NCBI RefSeq assembly: GCF_031769215.1
Contig: NW_026782051.1
Span: 1,116,001-1,180,000 of the forward strand
DNA: 64,000 nucleotides
Direction: 5' to 3'
DNA from: Ylistrum balloti
Taxonomy: Eukaryota
The translations under genes and the position numbers were made by a program. The notes beneath the pieces are model-generated. The model ran no database searches. It had not been told where the DNA came from and saw only the letters and a list, made by a program, of their open reading frames with translations. The stretch's first letter is position 1. Each line of letters starts with the position of its first letter. This document shows positions 39,572 through 53,000 of this stretch, piece by piece.

Positions 39572-40639
39572 GATGCTGCAAAGAGATATTAGACTTTAAC
39601 AAGTATGATTTTAACTACTTTGTGTCGAGTATAGAAAACATTCAAAATGATAAGAGATTCGACCAAAGCTATTGCATTGTATTCTGAGGTATTTTTCTAT
39701 TTGTGGCCTATCGAAACTATCATTGTCAATGTAGATGAAATTCGGTAACGTCGACAGTCCCAACGCTGTAAATGATATATCAAGAAAAGTACATTATATC
39801 AATATCTAACCTGGAATGTTTACAAAATTATGGCAATTCATTTACTATACATTAATTAAAGAAAGATAATGCAAACAAATTTTATCTCTGTATTTGACAT
39901 ATATTTCAATTTTGTTCAAATTAATCTGTGCGACAATATTCTGGCAAATTTTGGAGATCTGATCTTTTGAAGAATTCAAACTTTGCTTGATGACTGGTTG
40001 GTTTAGTTTCATGCAATATACCATTTTTGTAGGTTATGATATTATGTTGATATTTTTTCTCAATTTATTGTGACTGAAATGAGTTATTATTATCACTTGA
40101 ACATATCGAAATTTACAAACGTTATTCAATGTGTTATGTCACCAGCAAAGCGAATATTGGTAAGGAGTATAGCTTACCTTTGTCTGCATTTGAACACAGG
40201 AGAGAAGCCTGGAATAAGTTGGCATTGTTTAACAAGATAAACGGAACCATGCAAATTTGCAGAGGTCATTGAAATGACTTTCAATTCTATTTTTGTAAGG
40301 TTTTCTGATAAAAAAAAATCCAATAGTGTAAAGAACTAAGGCTGTGCGTGAAACATGACATAACGATATGCTCTTTACACTTCCTTCCTAAAATTGCATT
40401 TAATAATGATAACCTGAGCGATCTCCTTATTCAGCTTCCCGCACCTTATATCATTCTCTATAACGGAACACTTTGTGACAGTGTTTTTTTGACGCGATCT
40501 TATGATACCACTTCGCAGAATTTGTTGTATCACATGTGGTAAAGCTGACAATGCAAGTTTCCATGTTAAGTTATATATTTTCAAGAATGCTTTCGAGACT
40601 TTCCCCTAAGCTAACTATATCTTCCGGTCATCGTGACCC

Positions 40640-40812
40640 TTTTATCGGACATTCATTACATCCAAACTTGACTTTGGTTCCATAGTATATGGGTCAGTAG
40701 GCCAATCGAAACTTCAGAAGCTGGTCCTAACCACAATTTAAGTCTGCAACTGGCATCAGACGTTTTTTGAACGACGCCATTGAACATTTATGTAGAATCC
40801 AACAAACCATAT
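40640..40812 (+). mobile_element. Paralogous copy of the LINE RT fragment at 29826-30050
   Basis: Near-identical CCATAGTATATGGGTCAGTAGGCCAATCGAAACTT.AGAAGCTGGTCCTAACCACAATT; runs into the gap. Confidence 0.75.
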
Positions 40813-40974
40813 NNNNNNNNNNNNNNNNNNNNNNNNNNNNNNNNNNNNNNNNNNNNNNNNNNNNNNNNNNNNNNNNNNNNNNNNNNNNNNNNNNNNNNNN
40901 NNNNNNNNNNNNNNNNNNNNNNNNNNNNNNNNNNNNNNNNNNNNNNNNNNNNNNNNNNNNNNNNNNNNNNNNNC
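40813..40974. other. Assembly gap (162 N)
   Basis: Run of n characters. Confidence 1.
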
Positions 40975-42079
40975 TGAGAAAATAACAAGAAGTATTTACT
41001 ACAATTACAATTGCTACCAGTATGTTCTTCCGTTCCAATCTGTTATGTACGATTGTGAAATATCGGTGAATGGCCGATATTGTATTGTCTCATTGTATGT
41101 ATAAGTGTAATGTTTCCAACATGAGGTAAACATCTACAAAAGATAGGTGTAACATCGCTGATCCCTAATGATAAATTATGTAGGTAAGAAAGGAAGTTTT
41201 GTTTTTCTTTTTTCGGTATCAATGTTTAACCATATTAAACATTCATGGTATGAAACCATCCTACCTAGACTATAAAATAAATACTTCTTATGGCTTGACG
41301 TCAGTGAAAATACATATCGAATACAACGAAAATTACATTGCATGTAGCATTACTGATATTTCAGAGCATATCTTTATTTATCAATGAAAACTGTACTGTT
41401 TTCGGAAAAGGGTAGGGACATAATGGATTTCATGAATACCTCAAATAGGAAATACTGTAAACACAGACAGCTATTTATGCTGGAAGTGCTTTTAAACCAC
41501 AACTTAAATTAAATCCAGCTGACAGTTTGGAAGTGTCTTTAACCAACTTTTGTAAAGATTATACCTATGAATTTTGTTACCTTGTTGGTCAATTCTAGTT
41601 AGAATTGAATATTTTAAACAATGCAAATTGTCATTATTGTCATAATTGTCACGGCTTTTCTTCACGTTTTAAATCATGGCAATCTTGTTTTGCTTCTTTT
41701 CTCTTTTTTGTTTCAATTTTAAAACCCCGTTGGCATGGCGTCAATTCGCCGTCAGGGTCACCAGGTCATTTAAATTGGTATATTTTTATGACATTAAAGA
41801 ACTGCCACATGTTTCAGTGAAAATAATTTAGGCAAAAGTATCATGAATGGGATTTCATCGCTGTTTTAATTACTAGTTAATCATTTAGTTTCCGTCCTTG
41901 AAAAAAGTATGTATTACGTAAACAAACATCAAGAATGTCATCATTGTCGATAATCGAACTGACACTTTCAATTAAAATATACTCATTGTAGTGTGTTTCA
42001 ATGTGTGTATCAGACAAACATTAAATAGGATTGTGATAACGTATGAATGTTTTTTGAATAAACGATAACAATGTAGATA

Positions 42080-43317
42080 TCATTTGCCAATAGCACCGCC
42101 GGGTTCTTGAGTGTGCAGTAATTTTGGCAGCCGATCTAACCACAGACTGGTCGAATCTCTATACAGGTGTTTTCCAGAGGTGATCGTAGCATCAAGATCG
42201 ACATAACTCTGGTTTAACTGCGTCATAGCTACTCCAAATCGTGACGTCATTTGAGTTTGGATTCCTGGAAAATATGAAAAACAGCTTCTTAATGGTTTAA
42301 TATCATTACCAGTTTTTGCACGGACAAAAACGAAATATCTTCCTCAAGTATTTAACCAATCAAATGTCTTTATCTAATAGGTAGTTAATTATCTTTTACG
42401 TCGCACGTTTACATATCTGCCCAGTTTTGGCGAAGTTTGTCCAGTATTTCTGCATGTTTTTTGAGAAGCTGATATCATCGAGTCGCACGTTCATGTTACA
42501 TTTGGTAGGAAAATCTTAAATATTGAACAAGAAGAAGAGTTCTGAGCCACGAACTGAAGAGTCGTTTCGCCACCAAATCGGGTATTCTTGAAAGTTCGGC
42601 TCCAGTCCCTTACGTTTGAATATGTACTGATACCTTGATGTTCGAGCGTTGTCGTCAGAATGAGCTATGAATGCCTTTATCGTTGTGGTTATAAAAAGCA
42701 CATTTGAGAAGACGTCAGGTTTTGGAAGAATTGAAAACCTGCAGACGTCCTGTCTTTCATAACATATTCTAGTGATAAGTGAAGAAAGTCATAGTCAATG
42801 ACTGGTCTTATCATTTCATCAATGTTGAGAGGTGAAAGACTTTATTCAGTGCAGCAAGTAAATCGTCTGTATATTTTCCAAGCATGCATCCTGCATATGA
42901 TTTCGGAATACCGGGAGTGTTTGCACAACCAAGTTGAATACCGAGCAGCTTTGCATATCAGAATCTGAGCAGGCCCAGCCGATAATTGGTAGCTATCACA
43001 ACAACATCACCCGTTAAGGCCAGGCATGACCCGTCAAAATACATATCTTGGCCTAAGATATTTTATATTAGGCAGTTATGTGATTTGGTTAAATTTTACA
43101 AACAATTCTGAAACGGTGTTAGTTTCGGTTGCATACAGGATGGTCCAAATCACGCCGCAGTCAATGTTCCAGAACATGAACTAATTAATTTTGATTTGGC
43201 GAACCTCAGAGCGCCAATGGGTGGTTTAGCGTATGGAATGTTTGAATATTGCTCTTCTATCCTGCGTTTCGTTGAATAAATGTCCATTAAAGGAAGTGCG
43301 ATACGACAGACCTCCAT
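42080..43317 (-). pseudogene. Carboxylesterase pseudogene, copy E (3' part C-like, 5' part A/D-like)
   Basis: ATG remnant at 43317. Deletions remove the HGG loop and GESAG. The donor is mutated to GC and exon 2 (42264-42080) has a +1 insertion. Confidence 0.9.
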
Positions 43318-44318
43318 GCTCTTATGATATATTAGACTTTGAACAAGTATGGTTTTAAGAACTATTTTGTTTCTAGCCAACAACGCTTACAAAATCATAA
43401 TTGATCGATCACACTACATCATATTCAGATGTATTTATCATTTGATAAACTGTGTATCTGGTAAGTGTTAAAGCATGTCAAACCAATCACGGTTCCATAT
43501 CATCCTTTTACTGTGACAATCATCTTTCGGTTGTTTTTATTCTCTCAGTTTTGACACTATGACATTATATTCAGTCACCCTTGTTTTTTACTTTTTCTCA
43601 TTAGACATCAATAATGATAGTCCCTCCCAAGGCCGTATAAACTATTATTACATACCTTCATGGTAGAGATGTCCATGTCTATTAAAAAAGGAAAGGAAAA
43701 GAACGGTGATACAGTATAATGGTTGTATTTTGTTTTTGAAAAACACGCAAATGCGGTAATCTAATTGGTTTTGTTTTTGATTTTTTTTTTCATTTTCCCA
43801 ACAGACAGTCTAGACAGCATACATACTTGCTTTCATACACGATAAAATATACGCACATAAGGATATATTTACATTTTGACTTCGCTCCGCCTCAATGAAA
43901 CTAGTAATGTCACTTCGTTGCATTTCCCAATGAAAGAAGTGGGTCGCGTGCTTTTTTCTGAGCGACGAATCACTTTCTGTCGGCGTAGGAATACATTGTT
44001 TACTCTTGAGATCTGTTTTTATACCGTCTACACGTTTGTAGGTCACGTAGGTACGAGACAATACCTGTGTGTCATTACATCAATGAAAATATTATTCTGA
44101 TTGTTTGTGTTGCTTTTACACCTTTTAACATCATATAATCTGTATATCCTCAATATTGAACAAAGAATTAATACAGTTGCAGCCGCTGTATCTATCATCG
44201 GTCGTCTGCTCAATCATGGGGGATTACAGCGACAGCTCAGATATTTCTTCCGATATAGAATCAACCGAGTTAGGAGAATTTGCTGTCCAGTTACCTGAGA
44301 TTTTACTCAGCCCTGGTA

Positions 44319-44473
44319 AGGATTGATTGTATAATTTGTTGCTTGCATGGACTGATGAAGGGAAGTGAACCTCCTGCAAATGGTACATGAAGTGCTTCGC
44401 AGTTCACTTCATTTGCACGAGGTTCACTTCCCTTCATCAGTCCATGCAAGCAACAAAATAGACAATCAATCCT
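44319..44473. mobile_element. 155-bp fold-back MITE with TA target duplication
   Basis: Ends AGGATTGATTGT...ACAATCAATCCT flanked by TA at 44317-44318 and 44474-44475. It includes a perfect 38-bp inverted repeat (TTGTTGCTTGCATGGACTGATGAAGGGAAGTGAACCTC). Confidence 0.8.
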
Positions 44474-44699
44474 TAAATGTAACATGCATCATCGTCATCA
44501 TCATCATCATAGCATAAATACAAGAATATCCCATCCATGAACAAGTCATCCAGATCATCATCATCTAATTGATTGTTATGATTGGGGGTATGATTCTCAA
44601 AAGAAATGCAACCTTCAATAATTTTATCAGGTTTATTGAAATGTATACCGTTTCAATCCTACAACCATTTGAAGATACAGATCTATTCTAGTAAATAAC

Positions 44700-45309
44700 A
44701 CAGTGCAGCCATTGAAAGTATGTCCTCGTTAGCATTTGTTATGGTTCGAATTCTGCTATGCGTAAAGTTTACTGCACAGTGAATTTCGCACGTTCAAGTT
44801 CGTCAATGGCATACGTATGTCCCACATATGGTCTGCTGGCTAGAGATAGGGAGTTTAGAGAGATCAAGTAATGCATAGACATTGATTTGGTGAAGATAGT
44901 CCATTGCACGTCACGCTGTATGACACCGAATATTAATCTTGTTGAAAAATACCATTAGAACTGAAGGATACACGAGAGGAGGTTAAGAGAAGAACATTGT
45001 TAGCGTATCATTGAGAGGTCAATGTGCGTTTTATGTCCCCCAAGCGTGTTTTGCGGCTCCTACAGATTCTACTCCTGACCATAATCCTAGCACTGAAGCA
45101 GTATCAGACGGTCTCCACCGAGAGTGGAAACTCATGATCGGCTGTTCCTGGGATGGTCGAATGTCGAAGCTGTTTCATTATAACTTTGCCTTGAATGAAA
45201 TTCCGTCTTTGGGCTGCACCAAAAAACCGTCTTGCAACTTCGCGTGCGTTGCGCCGACCTGGAGTATACCATCAGTCATTTCCCTGTCTTCTTTCGACAG
45301 ACGCGGCAT
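44700..45309 (-). mobile_element. Highly degraded Tc1-like transposase remnant
   Basis: Minus strand MPRLSKEDRE..GILQVG, SVETV, DHMWD and RIRTITNAN..HT pieces resemble the N- and C-termini of the other two Tc1 transposases. No clear TIRs found. Confidence 0.55.
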
Positions 45310-45709
45310 CTGTACAACTTAAAACCAAATGATGGATTTTCAACTGATAAATGTTTAAGATGCTGTATAAAGCGTTTTACGAAATTGAAATGAACAAGTA
45401 AAGTGAAGGAATTCGTTTTTTTTTCTGTGAGACAATCTTTGAATTTCATACCCGACTTATTGCACTACAAAATGTTATCCAGAGATTTCTACAAAATATA
45501 TTAGTAACTGAAATATATCTGTATAATCAGCCAGCGTTTGGTGAACGGGAGGGTAACTTGATAACCTTTATAGTTTTTTGTTTTTATATTTTTAAGAATA
45601 CAAGAACGCTATTGATTTTCTGCAGCAATCTAAAATGTTATATTTGGATTTTCTTTCAGTTAGTCGCATATTTATGTCAGATTCTAAATAGGATTTGTGA
45701 AACGGATTG

Positions 45710-45880
45710 AAGTACTTCAGAACTGTTCCTCCGGTCGGTAATATTGACAGAATAGAAGCTCTCATTACAAGAAGATTAGAAGATTGGAGTGAGAAGTTTT
45801 CAGGACTACCTAGTTACCTTCATCAAACAAATTTGATTTGTCTGATGAAAGTGACCGTGTAGTCATCGACGACCCCCCAG
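45710..45880. mobile_element. Penelope-like pseudo-LTR remnants in inverted arrangement
   Basis: Two degenerate copies of the TGATGAAGGTGAC-x6-GTCATCGAAAC motif point away from each other across about 45815-45860. The segment is homologous to 55870-55950 and 56555-56615. Confidence 0.5.
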
Positions 45881-48050
45881 CCATGTAAACCTTGGCCAAT
45901 CCAAGTAGATAATGTCATGTTATCGGATGAGAACAAAAAAACGGAATCAAACACCAAAGGTGTATGTCTCTTAATGAGGTGACTATGACGACCGCAACAC
46001 GTCCCCATATTTTTTATCAAACTGCATCTTTTAATTGATAACTTCAAATTGTGATAATGGGAACATGGCATTGAATGTCGAAACAACTACGACATGTATA
46101 CACTATAGGTTAGGGATGCAGGGATGTAACAATACAGAACTTTAAAACTCACAATAAGGAAACTGAACTACATTTATCATATAGCTTGATTGAAAGCTGT
46201 CCACGCTGGTTTCGATTTAGGAAAAAGATCGAGATAAGAGGCAGATGTAGAAGAGTCTGTCATATACTTGATTTCAAATACGGTTGGGTGTATACGACTA
46301 AATTATTTATTACTTTCAAATTGACAAAATCTGGATCAGCAATTAATAAAAATGTATCTATAAGTGACCCTGATAGTAAAAGTAATATGGTGACATATTT
46401 GTTTTATATGCTTATTGTCGTGTAAATAAATCCACCGTAAAACTAACAGTCACGTAATCGAGTTTTCATTGTCTGAAAAAATAAAATATCATAGGTTGGG
46501 AATGCAGGAAAGATCTATCCAGAAATGGAAAATTCACATTATAAAAACTGAAATCACATTTGAAGCTCAAACCGTATGATGATTACATCCGGGCCTACTG
46601 TGAAATATAAATTTATGTACTTTATTAAATATGATATATGCAAATAACTGATCATGTGCCGTCTTCCACAAAAGCTACACAACATGCCTTTATCATTAAT
46701 AGCTGTTACAAAACTACTAATACTGCTGGTTGTGTTGCTGTGTTGTTTTGATTCACAGAGAGATAAATTTTGAAATGACCGTCGAGCTCTTCTTCTTAAT
46801 GAAATAATGGAAACTATATTGCTTACGGGCAATTAATATACAGACTACGATTTAGCCAACATACATTCATCTTCAAACGAAACATAAGAACAAGAAGGTT
46901 TCCTGTTCACTGCAAGGCGCTTTACAATACTAGTATGCAGTTCAACGCTACTCATCTGATTCATTCTGTGATATATATATTTACTTTGCAATCTAAAAAT
47001 TCGGCATAGCACAAATGCAGGTTTCAGTCATGATACATTTATTTAAGATCGTAAAATAACTGCTAATAGGAAAGGTGAAATGTGGGGACTAGTAATCTCA
47101 TTGTATCTGTGATATGATAAGTCCCACAACAGCAGAGTGTCCGTCAAATCAGAGCCATTCTTTGCTTCTGTTCTGGCAAACGGTAGATGATGTTTATGAC
47201 TGAAAATATTAGTTCGAAAATCAATCGCTAAAACGGAAGATTAGAATACGTGTTTTCCAATATGAAAAAAGCATGTAATACCTCCTCAATATAGTATCAT
47301 GAAATAACTTCATATAATTATTTATGCATGTTTTTCAGTTTCTAACTTAACTTTCTACGATACACCAAAACAGGACATGGAAGTCCCACAGGAATGAATT
47401 CTAACCACAACTCTTTTCGATTTCTAAACTAACAGCTTTGTTCATTGTCTACACCAACAAGTTGATTGTTATTGGATGACAATTGTTTTCTCTGTTAAAA
47501 GTCAAGGACTATGCATACAATAGAGCGACAATTGCAACAATACTTAAATGAATTACAAAGGCGCCAAACGGCAATAGATTCTCAATATCTGAAACAATGT
47601 GCAAATAAATCAAAACACTATGTCGTTTACTTTATTCATAACGACAATTTATCCTCTATCGTTAATTAATTTTATTCTGTATCAATATCGCAGTCATTTA
47701 TGTTCTTTAAGGCTCTGAAAACCTTGCGGGTCTCATCCCACACAAACAAGAGGGCAGCCATGGAGATGCTTTTGTGTCTTCACCAAACTATTTAACGGCG
47801 GCTAAGTAAATGATTAGATCACAAGCAGCATAGATCACCAGTACTGAAGCGTTTTGTCTTTTGCTTTAATTACGAATGATATTAGAAATGGTTTAATACC
47901 TGCTCATGCTGTTCCTGTATGTGTGCCATGATGCATCATTATTGATGTTTCGCAATGTAGGCCAGTTATTTGAAATGCAATTTATTTCCAATCGTGTATT
48001 CAAACTAATAATAGAATGCCATGGAATTATTTTCGCTGAGACTAACAACA

Positions 48051-50010
48051 TTATTTCCCAATGGCACCACTAGGCTCTTGGGTGAGGAGTAGTTTTGGTA
48101 GTCGATCTAACCATAGACTGATCCATTCTCCATACAGGTGTTGACCTGAGGTGATAGTCGTATTTAGATCAACATAACCCTGTTGTGCTGCATTATAGGC
48201 ACTCCACATCGGAACGTCATTAGAGTTCGGATTTCTGAAAAGTGTAGAGATAAATAATGTAGAATTTTTGGGAACTCTGAACTTAAAAACGCGGTTAACA
48301 CAACAAAGATTAAGATATAACCCTTATATAGATGCCATTGTAAATCAGTTGTTATATTTATATGTGAAAGTTGAATATACAAATGTTTGATTTTCAATGT
48401 TTCAATGTGTTAAATAAACGTGCAATTCTTCTTTTTAGCTCAAATAATTACCCAGTTTTGGCGAAGTTTGTCCAATACTTCAGCATGATTTTCGAGAGTC
48501 TGATATCAGCGGGACTCACGCTCATGTTAAATTTGGTTTGGAAATCTTCAAGACCGAACAAGAATGATAGCTCGGAAGCATGAGCTGAAGAGTCGTTTCG
48601 CCACCAAGACAGGTGTACTTTAAAGTCTGGATCTGGCACCGGGCGTTTAAATATATATTGGTACGTTGATTTTCGGAGATTGCCTTCGGAATGTGCTATG
48701 AGGGATTTTATCGTAGGTGTAATGAAAAACGCATCTGAGAAGACGTCAATGGCGTTATCACCTTCTTGGCCTTCCGAAGAAGTTCCATAAAGGGAGCATA
48801 TTAAGTCACTTGGCAAAGTGCTGTTAACTTGAGAGCTGAAGAAGGTATTCACAAAAGTTGGTACGATTAAGTTACAAAATACTTCGGTAGGGATTCCGAT
48901 ATTCAGGTCGAATTTATCATATTTCGATATCTGTTTTAATAAACTCAGGAAAACTGAGCCTTCTGCATTTACATTTCCAGTCATAAAGTCGAGATTTTGG
49001 AAGAATTGAAATGTTTCCGATGACTTGTTTGTTAATAAGGTTTTGGGGAACGACTGAAGAATATCATAGTCAATTATCGGTCCAAAAACGCCATCAATAG
49101 TGAAAGGTGGGAGATTAGATGCAGTTACTGCCTCTTGTGCCGCAACTAAATCGTCTGCAGATTTTCTACGCATGCATCCAGCGTATGTAGTTGGGATACC
49201 GGAAGTGTTTGCACATCCAACATGAATGCCCACAAGCTTTGCAGTCGTATGCATATTACTACTATCAATGTAGGAAAGAGCTGAAAAGGCACTTCCGCTC
49301 TGTGCAATGACTCGCTGGAAAAGTCCCTGGTTTTGGGGTATTATCGCTTGTAAAGAAACACTAAATCCTCCAGCAGACTCCCCAAATATGGTTACAGAAT
49401 TTGGGTCCCCACCATAGTTGTCTATATTTTCCTTCACCCATTGCAGTGCCAGGCGTTGGTCCCAGAGACCGTAGTTCCCTTTTAGCTCATTCGTATGAGG
49501 TGTGCTGAGGAATCCAAACAGCCCCAACCGATAATTGATAGTTACCACAACAACATCACCCGTTAAGGCCAGGTATGACGCGTCATAAAGCATACCTTGG
49601 CCAACGATATAAGCACCTCCATGTATCCATACCATCACCGACTTCCTGGTACTCGGAGATATATCACGTGGTACATATATATTCAAAATTAGGCAGTCCT
49701 CTGATTGGTTTAAATTTGGCAAGTATTTATGATAAGGGGGTGGTGACATCGGTTGGATACAAGATGGCCCAAACTGTGTGGCATTTAGGGTACCAGCCCA
49801 AGGACCGCTCAATTCCGGTTTGGTGAACCTCCGACTTCCGACGGGTGGTTTGGCGTATGGAATGTTCCGGAACTGGTATACTTTCTCATTCCGAACTTGT
49901 TCGACAACACCAACAATGTCCCCAAGCTTTGTGTGCATATGTTGCACTTCGATTCCGCCTGACATCGAAAGAATGGCCAGTATCTGAAGAACAATTCGAC
50001 AGGGCCCCAT
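48051..50010 (-). CDS. Type-B carboxylesterase, copy F (about 580 aa; oxyanion loop HGGA)
   Basis: Exon 50010-48452 plus exon 48234-48051, intact frame. SEDCL, WIHGGAY, FGESAG, NAEG, HASE. Confidence 0.93.
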
Positions 50011-53000
50011 TCCGAAATGATATATCTACAAATAAGAAAGTTGCAACAGAATGTCTCTGTGAAAGTAATTTATTTTCGGTTTAATGCTACATAGTAATAC
50101 TGTGGATTTGGAGTAGACGAAACTTCAGCTTTGGTGTTGTATGACCCGACTCTGAAACCACATGATTGGTAAGAATTTTGCTATATAGGTTGACGTAGGA
50201 ACATTCTTGAGGTTATGCGCAGTTCTGATTGGTTCCCGACATATAGCATTCCAATCGTTTCATCGTGCTGACCCTTATAAACCATTATACATTACAAAAC
50301 AAATCAAACAAGCTGTAAACAACATTTCTAATTAATCATAACGAGATGAAATTTGCATAGTAAATTCAATGAAACTATCGGACGTTTGCATAACGAGTCA
50401 TTAATCATTTTCTCTAATTCATGGAGGTATAAATGTGTCCTATATCTAAAGTTGTACCTATGGTCAAAAAAGAGCGCTCGGTACGACTTTGTAACAAGTT
50501 TACTTGTTTTACTAAATTTTGTGAAGACTTTTCTATTGCTATGGCAAACCTCTAATATATAACTCTGAAAGTCTTGGGTAGAATTCAACAAAGGTTGTCA
50601 TGACATACCGTCATATATCAAAGATGTTACGTCTTGATCTTGGAAAAATATTATGCTTTTGTGAAAATTGCGAAAATTCAAACACACCGACGTAAATGAA
50701 TAAAGGAGAATATTTCTTCTTGCGCATATCTAGAAGACGTCTGTTGCGCAATGAGAAGTGCAGCACTGCTAAATTTATATCGAAAGGCGTTATTCACGTA
50801 TGTGTCTTGTACAATTTTTGAAATAGCAGGTAGTACACACTATTGGTCTATTATTGTTGAAGAACGACTTACCTTTGTATGTCTTCAAACGCAGGCCATA
50901 GAAGTACTATCGAACCAATGTTCGACCTTTACGACATGTATGTATTATTTGATAAGATAAACAGAGCGGTTACCTTTTCGAGGTCACTGATTGTAAAATG
51001 AAGGTATGTTCTATTTCAGGAATGTTTGTGATAAAGAAATAGTAAGCTGAGACAGAAGCTTTGATACCTATTTGAACAAACATTCAGTTCAAGTGCCCTC
51101 CTGTTTCATTTTTTAAAGACCTGAACAGATTGATTGGTAAAGAATTACTTAAACATGGTCATGGGTTAATTTTTAGCGAAATGGCCACCGTTTTCAGTCT
51201 CCATACCATTCCTTAACGTCAAAACTGCCAATTAAATGACAACTCCATCCGTCTCATTTGTGTCCTCCTGTTTCACTACTACCATTAATATATAGATAAA
51301 TGTCTAAGTTCTTACAAGATGATTATTTTACGGAAACAATACAGAGCATGCATGTGGGTAAATTGTGATAGTAATCACAATATACATAACGGGTGGAAAT
51401 GGCATGGGCATTGTTGAAATTGCTATAGGATTCTAGAGGGATAAGTCCAGGTGTCCCTCATGATAAACGTTTTCTACTTCGTAAATGACACTCATCTTGT
51501 AAACCTGTGCAAGTCCAATAATTGTACTAAAGACAAAGAAGTGAATAACACTTTGCAGTACAAATTTGGAGTTTGATCATGTATAGCGAAATTAAGCTAC
51601 ATTATACAGCTTTTCGGTCCTTTCGTCCTTTTAGGAAGCTTTAGTGAAGCTAAAGGTCTAAATAATCGAAGCCTGTGAGGCAACTTAGTAACACCTGGGT
51701 TGTTAAAAAAATATATCAATGGATGCAGGGATGCACTTAACCCAAAACATAATCCCGTCAATATCGAACAATTTCAAACGAACGGTATGTATGTGTTTAG
51801 ATTCCATTCTATATTTCGTGTGAATTAAAACGTGGAATGCAGATTACAGCAACTACTGTCGAGTAGATGTCCGTCACCAGAATCCTCCCTTGCAATTACG
51901 AAGGGTTGCACAAGTAACATACTAATGAGTACCACCATTTAATTCAAATTTAAAATGAGATATAGTATTTTTGTTTTGTTTCTTTTTATCAGTTCCAAAA
52001 TCAATAGGCACATCTATGAACCAGTGGCAATCTTCGTATGATTTTGAGAAAGATCCGTCCAACATTTTCCAAGACACGGAGGTAATATTAAAACGGACAG
52101 AGGGACTGACTACGGACCACAGACCGCGGACGTAAGGCGATTTGTATAGCCAGCTATCTGATTATGATGCTGAGATTTAACTATATGTAATATATGTTTG
52201 AGATGAAATCATAGTAATGACATCACTAGCGACCACTAAACACGTCGAACGACAGACAGCATTGTGAAATAGAAAACCTCCCTATAAGATGAAGGCGAAA
52301 CAAACCTATAATCATCCATAATGTTTATACATCTGCGTCTCTCGAATAATCAGCGACATAGTTAACCGTAGATTGATATCAGGAAGACTACTACCAACAT
52401 ATAGAAACTTCTCAAACGAAGAATTGAAAAAAATCAAGGTTATCGTACAGCTTTTCAGAAGCTGTTTGCTATAAACATTGTAAGTAAATGTTACATAATG
52501 AAGGATTGATAGAAAAACGCTATCTCAGTAAATTTTAATTCACAGCAATAATAAATTGGTATTGAAGCTCGCCATTTTACGACAGAAAGTTTCTGTAACT
52601 GATGATAGACGCGTTCTTTCAAGTTTAGAGCGAAGTGTTTTAGTGTGCAGTGTCGGAAACAAGGCTCTTGGTAGTGAGAGGGGATATACATAAAACAACC
52701 ATCCTCTTCAACTATCTTCCTTTATCTCCTCCTAACACATGAGAGTTACAGCAGACAAGGAAGGCAATTATGTAATACAGTTATCGAAGTTACCTCCCCT
52801 TTGACCATCTGTGGATGGTTTACATACAGCTACCTATATGTGTATACATAACAGCAGAGTAGAAAAGAAAAGAAGAGGAACAAGTGTTTATGATTGGTGA
52901 AAAGCCATTTGGAGGTCTTTAGATCAATATTAATTATATAGTATATCACATCACAATAGACTGTAGATTTGATTTATAGGTAATGAGAGTAAGAGCTGAA

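Noticed and set aside
40727-41038. ORFs spanning the N run
   Set aside because: Artefacts of translating the assembly gap.
21460-50010. Calling the esterases acetylcholinesterase or neuroligin
   Set aside because: They lack the choline-binding Trp (AChE W84 region) between CMQ and SEDC. They retain the catalytic Ser of GESAG and have no TM or PDZ tail, unlike neuroligins. Only a family-level call is supported.
52500-52690. Possible LINE 3' remnant and a CTGATGA...GAAAC pair
   Set aside because: Similarity is too degraded to support, and the spacing and pairing do not form a hammerhead helix II.
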